Assembly: GCA_973895155.1 (NCBI GenBank)
Contig: OZ316898.1
Span: 2,083,927-2,147,926 of the forward strand
Direction: 5' to 3'
DNA from: Marsupella aquatica
Taxonomy: Eukaryota; Plantae; Marchantiophyta
DNA: 64,000 bases
The notes beneath the pieces are model-generated. The model was not told the DNA's origin, made no database searches, and saw nothing but the letters and a program-made list of their open reading frames with translations. Made by a program: the position numbers and the translations under genes. Below are positions 51,147 through 62,280 of this stretch, piece by piece. Numbering within the stretch: position 1 is the first letter of the stretch; each line of letters starts with the position of its first letter.

Positions 51147-54100
51147 ATGTTTTCTTGTTGTTCGGGTGGGGGCTCGACTTCTAAAAGTCCGGACGCATGT
51201 GTATCAAAGAGACTCGAAGTCGATGCCCGAAAGGTATTGATCCCACTGTGCAAACCACAGCACTGCAATAGATCGCTGTCTACTCTGAACTTTTTGTTTC
51301 CAAAATTCTGCTGTGCTCTCCCTTCGCAAACGAAAAGGTAACCCTTTTACACCTAAAATTGACTGATCAGACACTAAAGTTTGAAGGAATTGTGACCACT
51401 TTGGCAATGGATACCTTGGTACTAGCCTGGCAATCATGTTCGATCTAGTTACTTGGCTGCACTTCTGGTTCACTCGGTGTCTCTGATCGATGTTGGCAGG
51501 TGAACGATTCCTTGTACGAGTTGTGGAGGCCATCAGGCACTCCTGAGATGGAGCTTTTATTTTTCCATGGACTCCAATCTGGAGACTCATCAGATGCCCA
51601 TTTACGAACATGGGAAACCGAGGATGGTTCTTCACTTTGGCCCCAGACTTGGTTGGCTCAGGAGTTTCCCACTGCCCGCATATTATGTGTTTCATTTGAT
51701 GGCGCTGTGAGAAAGTGCTCAGGGGGCTTCGACATGCACATCATAGTGGAGAACCTGCTCTCCGATTTCATGCAGGGAAATATTGGACAGACTCCCAATT
51801 GTCCGGTTGTGTTGATTGGCCACTGTTTTGGAGGATTGGTGATTGAAAAACTGTGTTGGGAAGCCAATAACCGGAAGCACGCTGGATTGGAGAGTGCGAG
51901 GGCTAAGGTTGGTGCCTTGCTTGAAAATGTGCAAGGAGTATTTTTCTATGGTACTCCTCACCACGGGACTCCGGGCCTAAGCAAAGCAACAAAATTGGTG
52001 AAGAACAGCCCATTGCTAAGTTTCTACAAAACTTTGAGCAAAGAAGCTAGCAGGCTTGATTTTGAATTTAATCAATTACGTCGAGTTTATGCAACTTGGC
52101 AAGTCTGGGGACTGGGAGAAACTCTCCCAACTGATTGGGTATGAACAATTCTTCACCTCCTGTTGCTTTTTCTAATTTCTATGACTTTGTTCGTCAACTC
52201 CCATAGCTTATCTTGCTAGCTTGTTTTATCCCGTTCGTGTGGTTTTGTAGGGTATATTTCAAGGTGTAGTGGCAGCACCAGAACAGTCTGCTAGAAAAGG
52301 AGATCATTTTAACCTTTTGCCAGTAGACCACCTGTCCATTTGTAAGCCCAAAAATACATCTGACAAGAGGTTTTATTTTCTAACGGAGCTTCTTCGCATC
52401 ATATCAAGAAACTCACAGGTGAGATGGCTCTATCCTACCCTACACCTAAGTCGAGATACATGTTCAAGACAGAACCATCCAATAGGAGTGAATAATATAG
52501 CAGTTATACACAACGATAGGAGCAGATAGAAAAGGCAAGCCTACTAAACTCTAGAGGAATCTCTGAAGCAGACTCAATTCTCTTTGATTGTTTTGAATTC
52601 TAGATACAGATTAAGTGGAAAGTTAGGTTCTATTGAGATTAGTATAAGCGTTACCTGTTTTTCCAATCCCACCTTGTTAGTAGGGCAGGATGATGATTGG
52701 CTGGTATTTGCAACCTATGAGAGCAATCACTAAAATCTGCCTGGGGCCTGGTCATCGCTTTCTGGCATTTGTTGAAGAGAGATTCTAAGTAGTCCCAAAA
52801 TTTGGCTAGGGTCAATTTAGGTTGCTAATGGTAACAAAGTTCTTTTTACACATTACCCCATAGTTCACCACTCATCTAGCTTTAGGAACTTTGTAGAGGT
52901 GACCAAATTATGCGCTTCAACCAGAAATGATTATCGTCAGAGTGACCATTGTAGTTGCTATGTATTGGGAAAATGCATGTACAGATGAGCTGATTCAAAT
53001 TATCTGACCTCGTCAGGTGGCGGTGACTGTTCATGAAGTTTATGGGCTTCCAAAGTATCCTCTTGATTTGAGGAGACGAGCCCTGGATGTGAAGGACAAG
53101 CTCATTCGCGGAGCTACTCTTGGAATTTTTGGCATGGGTGGGATTGGCAAGACCACTCTTGCAAAACAGGCATTTAACATTATGTCCGAAGACTTTGAGT
53201 ACACGTGCTTTGTGGATAATGTGAAAAACATCCCACTACACGAATTGCAGGATCGAGTTCTCAGTCGTTTTCACCACAATGGGAAGAAATCAGATAAGGG
53301 TTCAACCGAGTGGTTTCATATGCAGGACAAGTCAGCTTTAGTTGTCATGGATGACGTAGATGCAGAGGATCAGCTCAAAGTTCTACCACAATTGCAGCAT
53401 TTTGGGACTGGCAGCCGTGTTATCATGACAAGTCGGGATAAAGAAGTTTTCAAATATTATGAGCGTTGCATCATCCATGAGGTTGAGTTTTTGAAACACG
53501 ATGAAGCAAAGAAGCTACTCTGCCAACATGCATTTGGATTGAAGGATGTTCCAGACTTTCTGATTGACAATGTCAATGCAGTGGTTAAAAAATGTGAAGG
53601 GTTGCCCTTGACTTTGGAAGTGATAGGCACATACCTTCGAGACCATGGAGCAAGTGTTCAAGTCTGGAATGAAACTCTACATAGGTTGAGAGAAGCACGA
53701 GCCATAACTGGAGACAAAAGGGACAGAGTGTGGGCTTCCTTGAGGATAAGCTATGATGCCCTGTTACCAGAGGAACAGGAGATGTTCACAGCGGCTGCAT
53801 CGTTTTTCTTTGAACAGCCATTGGACCGGGCCCTTGCAGCATGGAGCAGTCTCACGCAAGCAATGCAGACAACGTGGGGAAACTTGGTGAACAGGTCATT
53901 GGTGAAAGAAATCAACAACAGAGTATGGGTCCACGAGCACCTTCGAGACTTGGCTCAGACTATTTCCAAGGACAGCATTGTTTTGGGGTCTAATGATACC
54001 ACAAACTCAGCAGTGGATCAGTTGAATGACAAGGAGGTAATCGTTCTTCCCAGCATAATTTAGGATTTCCCCCTCTCCTCAGATTTACCTGCTTTGTACA

Positions 54101-57100
54101 CCACTACTTGTAGCTAAGAGATACTGATTTCAGATTCATGTTATCAACTTGCAGGTCACAGCAGGGGGGATAGCAATGAAATATTTGAGGCTTGAGTATT
54201 CTGCCGGTTTCCACACACGAAAGATCCTTCAGTTAGATTCGCTGGCTAAACTAACGGGACTAAAATACATGGATCTAATTGGTGTTTCCTCAGAAGGTTC
54301 GGGAAAGGGTCTCACAAAGAGCATATCTTTGCTAGGTATGTATGGATCACCAGGACCCCAACCGCAGAGAAAGTTCGAGTTCAGCCTCAACAAAATGGAG
54401 AACTTAGCTGTCCTGGAACTATCAAATTGTCGGATCCCACAGGAGTTTCCTGAAGAATTGGGGAACCTGACCAATCTGCGCATTTTGTGTCTTTCTAACC
54501 TAGCGGGGTTGGCCCATCTGCCTGACAATTTTGGGAACCTATCAAGATTGACACGGTTGGAGCTGGAGGGTGTAAGATCACTCACATTGCCAAAATCATT
54601 TGGCAACCTCCTAGCCCTCGAACATCTTGAATTTCGCTTGATACAATTCTTGGCGTTACCTCAAACCTTAGGGAATCTATCCAGCCTGGCAATATTCCGT
54701 ATTATGCAATATGCACGGCTTGAAAGTGCCTCAGTGACAATTACGGATGCTCATGAGCTGCGGACTATACCGGCCTCATTGACAATTTCGGATGCCCATG
54801 AGCTGCAGACTCTGCCGGACAGCTTTTCCTGTCTCAAGTCTCTTAAATATTTGGTATTAGAGTCCTCAAAATTGGAGAGTCTTCCCGATGACATGGGAAA
54901 CCTCTCTTTACTGGAAGAATTGTGGATCGCAGCACCAGGCTTGGAGGGCCTCCCAGATAGCATATGCAAGCTCGGTAATTTGAGGAAATTGACCCTCACG
55001 AAAGCTAAAAACTTGAAGGGCTTGCCGGAGAATTTCGGCCAGCTGCTGGAGCTCCAGCATTTGACAATTTGGGATGCCCATGAGCTGCAGACTCTGCCGG
55101 ACAGCTTTTACTGTCTCAAGTCTCTTAAATATTTGTCATTAGAGTTGGAGAGTCTTCCCGATGACATGGGAAACCTCTCTTTACTGGAAGAATTGCGGAT
55201 CCCAGCACCGGAGGGCATCCCACATAGCATATGCAAGCTCGGTAATTTGAGGACATTGACCCTCATGAAAGCTAAAAACTTGAAGGGCTTGCTGGAGAAT
55301 TTCGGCCAGCTGATGGAGCTGCAGCATTTGGAAATTTGGGGTGCTGATGAGCTGCAGACTCTGCCGGACAGCTTTTCCTGTCTCAAGTCTCTTAAAACGC
55401 TGACATTCGAGTCCTCAAAATTGGAGAGTCTTCCCGATGACATGGGAAACCTCTCTTTACTGGAAGAATTGTGGATCGCAGCACCAAGCTTGGAGGGCCT
55501 CCCAGATAGCATATGCAAGCTCGGTAATTTGAGGACATTGACCCTCAAGAAAGCTAAAAACTTGAAGGGCTTGCCGGAGAATGTCGGCCAGCTGATGGAG
55601 CTGCAGCATTTGGAAATTTCGGGTGCTGATGAGCTGCAGACTCTGCCGGACAGCTTTTCCTGTCTCAAGTCTCTTAAAAACCTGACATTCGAGTCCTCAA
55701 AATTGGAGAGTCTTCCCGATGACATGGGAAACCTCTCTTTACTGGAAGAATTGTGGATCGCAGCACCAGGCTTGGAGGGCCTCCCAGATAGCATATGCAA
55801 GCTCGGTAATTTGAGGAAATTGACCCTCACGAAAGCTAAAAACTTGAAGGGCTTGCCGGAGAATTTCGGCCAGCTGCTGGAGCTCCAGCATTTGACAATT
55901 TGGGATGCCCATGAGCTGCAGACTCTGCCGGACAGCTTTTACTGTCTCAAGTCTCTTAAATATTTGTCATTAGAGTTGGAGAGTCTTCCCGATGACATGG
56001 GAAACCTCTCTTTACTGGAAGAATTGCGGATCCCAGCACCGGAGGGCATCCCACATAGCATATGCAAGCTCGGTAATTTGAGGACATTGACCCTCATGAA
56101 AGCTAAAAACTTGAAGGGCTTGCTGGAGAATTTCGGCCAGCTGATGGAGCTGCAGCATTTGGAAATTTGGGGTGCTGATGAGCTGCAGACTCTGCCGGAC
56201 AGCTTTTCCTGTCTCAAGTCTCTTAAAACGCTGACATTCGAGTCCTCAAAATTGGAGAGTCTTCCCGATGACATGGGAAACCTCTCTTTACTGGAAGAAT
56301 TGTGGATCGCAGCACCAAGCTTGGAGGGCCTCCCAGATAGCATATGCAAGCTCGGTAATTTGAGGACATTGACCCTCAAGAAAGCTAAAAACTTGAAGGG
56401 CTTGCCGGAGAATGTCGGCCAGCTGATGGAGCTGCAGCATTTGGAAATTTCGGGTGCTGATGAGCTGCAGACTCTGCCGGACAGCTTTTCCTGTCTCAAG
56501 TCTCTTAAAAAGCTGACATTCGAGTCCTCAAAATTGGAGAGGCTGCCCGACGACATGGGAAACCTCTCTTCACTGGAAAACTTGCGCATCACAGCACCAA
56601 GCTTGGAGGGCCTCCCAGATAGCATATGCAAGCTCGGTAATTTGAGGACATTGACCCTCAAGAAAGCTAAAAACTTGAAGGGCTTGCCGGAGAATTTCGG
56701 CCAGCTGATGGAGCTGCAGCATTTGGAAATTTGGGGTGCTGATGAGCTGCAGACTCTGCCGGACAGCTTTTCCTGTCTCAACTCTCTTAAAAAGCTGACA
56801 TTCGAGTCCTCAAAATTGGAGAGTCTTCCCGATGACATGGGAAACCTCTCTTTACTGGAAGAATTGTGGATCGCAGCACCAAGCTTGGAGGGCCTCCCAG
56901 ATAGCATATGCAAGCTCGGTAATTTGAGGACATTGAACCTCATGAAAGCTAAAAACTTGAAGGGCTTGCCGGAGAATTTCGGCCAGCTGCTAAAGCTCCA
57001 GGATTTGAGAATTTGGGATGCCCATGAGCTGCAGACTCTCCCGGACAGCTTTTCCTGTCTCAAGTCTCTTAAATATTTGGTATTAGAGTCCTCAAAATTG

Positions 57101-60100
57101 GAGAGTCTTCCCGGTGACATGGGATACCTCTCTTCACTGGAAAAATTGCGCATCACAGCACCAAGCTTGGAGGGCCTCCCAGATAGCATATGCAAGCTCG
57201 GTAATTTGAGGGAATTGACCCTCAAGAAAGCTTAAAACTTGAAGGGCTTGCCGGAGAATGTCGGCCAGCTGATGGAGCTGCAGCATTTGGAAATTTCGGG
57301 TGCTGATGAGCTGCAGACTCTGCCGGACAGCTTTTCCTGTCTCAAGTCTCTTAAAAACCTGACATTCGAGTCCTCAAAATTGGAGAGTCTTCCCGATGAC
57401 ATGGGAAACCTCTCTTTACTGGAAGAATTGTGGATCGCAGCACCAGGCTTGGAGGGCCTCCCAGATAGCATATGCAAGCTCGGTAATTTGAGGAAATTGA
57501 CCCTCACGAAAGCTAAAAACTTGAAGGGCTTGCCGGAGAATTTCGGCCAGCTGCTAAAGCTCCAGGATTTGAGAATTTGGGATGCCCATGAGCTGCAGAC
57601 TCTCCCGGACAGCTTTTCCTGTCTCAAGTCTCTTAAATATTTGGTATTAGAGTCCTCAAAATTGGAGAGTCTTCCCGGTGACATGGGATACCTCTCTTCA
57701 CTGGAAAAATTGCGCATCACAGCACCAAGCTTGGAGGGCCTCCCAGATAGCATATGCAAGCTCGGTAATTTGAGGGAATTGACCCTCAAGAAAGCTTAAA
57801 ACTTGAAGGGCTTGCCGGAGAATGTCGGCCAGCTGATGGAGCTGCAGCATTTGGAAATTTCGGGTGCTGATGAGCTGCAGACTCTGCCGGACAGCTTTTC
57901 CTGTCTCAAGTCTCTTAAAAACCTGACATTCGAGTCCTCAAAATTGGAGAGTCTTCCCGATGACATGGGAAACCTCTCTTTACTGGAAGAATTGTGGATC
58001 GCAGCACCAGGCTTGGAGGGCCTCCCAGATAGCATATGCAAGCTCGGTAATTTGAGGAAATTGACCCTCACGAAAGCTAAAAACTTGAAGGGCTTGCCGG
58101 AGAATTTCGGCCAGCTGCTGGAGCTCCAGCATTTGACAATTTGGGATGCCCATGAGCTGCAGACTCTGCCGGACAGCTTTTACTGTCTCAAGTCTCTTAA
58201 ATATTTGTCATTAGAGTTGGAGAGTCTTCCCGATGACATGGGAAACCTCTCTTTACTGGAAGAATTGCGGATCCCAGCACCGGAGGGCATCCCACATAGC
58301 ATATGCAAGCTCGGTAATTTGAGGACATTGACCCTCATGAAAGCTAAAAACTTGAAGGGCTTGCTGGAGAATTTCGGCCAGCTGATGGAGCTGCAGCATT
58401 TGGAAATTTGGGGTGCTGATGAGCTGCAGACTCTGCCGGACAGCTTTTCCTGTCTCAAGTCTCTTAAAACGCTGACATTCGAGTCCTCAAAATTGGAGAG
58501 TCTTCCCGACGACATGGGAAACCTCTCTTCACTGGAAAAATTGCGCATCACAGCACCAAGCTTGGAGGGCCTCCCAGATAGCATATGCAAGCTCGGTAAT
58601 TTGAGGACATTGACCCTCAAGAAAGCTAAAAACTTGAAGGGCTTGCCGGAGAATTTCGGCCAGCTGATGGAGCTGCAGCATTTGGAAATTTGGGGTGCTG
58701 ATGAGCTGCAGACTCTGCCGGACAGCTTTTCCTGTCTCAACTCTCTTAAAAAGCTGACATTCGAGTCCTCAAAATTGGAGAGTCTTCCCGATGACATGGG
58801 AAACCTCTCTTTACTGGAAGAATTGTGGATCGCAGCACCAAGCTTGGAGGGCCTCCCAGATAGCATATGCAAGCTCGGTAATTTGAGGAAATTGACCCTC
58901 AAGAAAGCTAAAAACTTGAAGGGCTTGCCGGAGAATGTCGGCCAGCTGATGGAGCTGCAGCATTTGGAAATTTCGGGTGCTGATGAGCTGCAGACTCTGC
59001 CGGACAGCTTTTCCTGTCTCAAGTCTCTTAAAAAGCTGACATTCGAGTCCTCAAAATTGGAGAGTCTTCCCGATGACATGGGAAACCTCTCTTTACTGGA
59101 AGAATTGTGGATCGCAGCACCAAGCTTGGAGGGCCTCCCAGATAGCATATGCAAGCTCGGTAATTTGAGGACATTGAACCTCATGAAAGCTAAAAACTTG
59201 AAGGGCTTGCCGGAGAATTTCGGCCAGCTGCTAAAGCTCCAGGATTTGAGAATTTGGGATGCCCATGAGCTGCAGACTCTCCCGGACAGCTTTTCCTGTC
59301 TCAAGTCTCTTAAATATTTGGTATTAGAGTCCTCAAAATTGGAGAGTCTTCCCGGTGACATGGGATACCTCTCTTTACTGGAAGAATTGTGGATCGCAGC
59401 ACCAAGCTTGGAGGGCCTCCCAGATAGCATATGCAAGCTCGGTAATTTGAGGAAATTGACCCTCATGAAAGCTAAAGACTTGAAGGGCTTGCCGGAGAAT
59501 TTCGGCCAGCTGATGGAGCTCCAGCATTTGGATATTTTGGGTGCTGATGAGCTGCAGACTCTGCCGGACAGCTTTTCCTGTCTCAAGTCTCTTAAAAAGC
59601 TGACATTCGAGTCCTCAAAATTGGAGAGGCTGCCCGACGACATGGGAAACCTCTCTTCACTGGAAAAATTGCGCATCACAGCACCAAGCTTGGAGGGCCT
59701 CCCAGATAGCATACGCAAGCTCCTTAATTTGAGGACATTGTGTCTCAGCAACGCTAAGAAGTTGAACAGCTTGCCCGAGGATTTCGGCCAGCTGATCGAG
59801 CTGCAGCATTTGGAAGTTGGTGAGGCTGATGAGCTGCAGACTCTACCGGACAGCTTTTCCTTTCTCAAGTCTCTGAAAAAGTTGATATTAGAATCCTCAA
59901 AATTGGAGAGGCTTCCCGATGACATGGGAAACCTCTCTTTACTGGAAGAACTGTTGATCGCAGCACCAAGCTTGGAGGGCCTCCCAGATAGCATACGCAA
60001 GCTCGGTAATTTGAGGGAATTAACTCTGAGCAACGCTAAAAACTTAAAGGGCTTGCCGGAGGATTTCGGCCAGCTAATGGAGCTGCTGCATTTGGCAATT

Positions 60101-62280
60101 GGTGATGCTGATGAGCTGCAGACTCTACCGGACAGCTTTTCCTGTCTCAAGTCTCTTAAAAAGTTTACATTAGAATCCTCAAAATTGGGGAGGCTTCCCG
60201 ATGACATGGGAAACCTCTCGTTACTGGAAGAATTGTGGATCGCAGCACCAAGCTTGGAGGGCCTCCCAGATAGCATACGCAAGCTCGGTAATCTGAGGGA
60301 ATTGACCCTGAAGAACGCTAAAAACTTGAAGGGCTTGCCGGAGAGTTTGGGCCAGCTGATGGACCTGCAGCATTTGGAAATTTGGGGTGCTCATGAGCTG
60401 AAGACTCTACCGGACAGCTTTTCCTGTCTCAAGTCTCTTAAAAAGTTGGCATTAGAATCCTCAAAATTGCAGAGTCTTCCCGATGACATGGGAAACCTCT
60501 CTTTACTGGAAGAATTGTGGATCGCAGCACCATGCTTGGAGGGCCTCCCAGATAGCATACGCAAGCTCGGTAATTTGAGGGAATTGACTCTGAATAACGC
60601 TAAAAACTTAAAGGGCTTGCCGGAGGATTTCGGCCAGCTAATGGAGCTGCTGCATTTGGCAATTGGTGATGCTGATGAGCTGCAGACTCTGCCGGACAGC
60701 TTTTCCTGTCTCAAGTCTCTTAAGAAGTTTACATTAGAATCCTCAAAATTGGGGAGGCTTCCCGATGACATGGGAAACCTCTCGTTACTGGAAGAATTGT
60801 GGATCGCAGCACCAAGCTTGGAGGGCCTCCCAGATAGCATTCGCAAGCTCGGCAATTTGAGGGAATTGACCCTCAAGAAAGCTAAAAACTTGAAGGGCTT
60901 GCCGGAGAGTTTCGGCCAGCTGATGGAGCTACAGCATTTGGAAATTTCGGGTGCTGATGAGCTGCAGACTCTGCCGGACAGCTTTTCCTGTCTCAAGTCT
61001 CTTAAAAAGTTTACATTAGAATGCTCAAAATTGGAGAGACTGCCCGACGACATGGGAAACCTCTCTTTACTGGAAGAATTGTGGATCGCGGCACCAAGCT
61101 TGGAAGGCCTCCCAGATAGCATAGGCAAGCTCTGTAATTTGAGGACATTGACTCACAAATTTTAGAGACTTGAAGGGCTTGCCGGAGGATTTCGTCCAGC
61201 TGATCGAGCTGCAGGACTTGGGGATTTCGGGTTTTGATGAGCTGCACACTCTTACCGGACATCTTTTCCTGTCTCAAATCGCTTCAAAAGTCGACATTAC
61301 AATGCTGATAATTGGCAAGGCTTCCCAAGAACATGGGAAAACTCTCTTTACGGGAAAAATTGTGGATCGGCACCAAGCTTGGAGGGCCTCGCATATAGCG
61401 TACTTCAGCTCCGTAATTTGAGGACATTGACTCTCACCAATGCTGAAAACTTGAAGAGTTTGCCGGAGGATTTTGGCCAGCTGAGCGATCTGCAGGATTT
61501 GACAATTTGGGATGCCGATGAGCTGCAGACTTTACCGGAGAGCTTCTCCCGTCTCATGTCTCTTAAAAAGTTGACATTAAAGTGCTCAAAATTTGAGAGG
61601 CTGCCCGACAATTTCGGAAAACTCTTTTGCATAGAAGAATTAAATATCCGGTCAAGAAGCTTGGAAAGTCTGCCGGAGAGCATACGGCAGCTTCAGTCGC
61701 TGGAAAATATGAACCTTGCGGCGGGAAAAAGCGAGAGGAATCTACTAGATAGCATCGGACAAATTTCATCGTTACGTAAGTTGGAATTCGATTGCGATGG
61801 GCATGAGGAGACACCCGACCTTTTTGAACCCTTTTAATGCTTTGAACATGAGCTAATTCTCACAGGGCGAGGTACACGGATCCTGCCGCAGGTTTGGGTA
61901 GCCTTTCCTCATTAAAAGCCCTGGGTCTGAAACAGTTACCGCTTTTGGAGACGTTACCGGATGATGTTGGAACTCTCTCTTCTCTAGAACGCTTCACCGT
62001 GATGGATTGTAATATGTTGGAGAGCCTTCCGGACAGTTTGGGGCAAGTCTCTTCTCTGAAAGACGTCATGTTTGTCAGTTGCCAGAGACTGAAGACTCTG
62101 CCTGAAAGCTGGGGAAAGTCCGCGATTCAACGAGAATTGCTGCAAGGAGACCTTTCTGTTGAGCATAGGTTGCAAACAGAGGAGTCCTCCCAGACCAAGA
62201 AAACGGAGGTGATGCCACTAATCATTATAGGGTGTCCCTTGATGAGTCGAAGCGGGGAAGTTTCGGTCACCCAATTCTAA
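51147..62280 (+). CDS. Alpha/beta-hydrolase-NB-ARC-LRR immune receptor (HNL-type NLR) with giant LRR array; open frame ends at a premature TAA at 57233-57235
   Basis: Phase-0 exons 51147-51233, 51500-52138, 52251-52418, 53017-54036 and 54155 onward. Hydrolase motifs LLFFHGL, WPQTWL, GHCFGG, FFYGTPHHG and DHLSICKP. NB-ARC motifs: P-loop GMGGIGKTT, LVVMDDV, GSRVIMTSRD, GLPL and VHE. LRRs continue to about 62110. The protein is about 1660 aa up to the first stop. Confidence 0.92.
54779..61700 (+). repeat. Intragenic tandem array of about 25 x 282-bp units (94 aa = 4 LRRs of 23/23/24/24 aa)
   Basis: 'LQTLPDSF' recurs every 282 bp (267 bp in a deletion variant), with higher-order 831-bp and 564-bp duplications. 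Confidence 0.97.

Noticed and set aside
54751-61128. Long antisense ORFs (up to 700 aa) over the LRR array
   Set aside because: They are a by-product of a repeat unit that happens to lack stops in the antisense frame; they mirror the sense repeats and have no independent features.
54779-61700. CRISPR-like or satellite interpretation of the array
   Set aside because: The units are in-frame LRR-coding sequence with no unique spacers, in a eukaryotic context.
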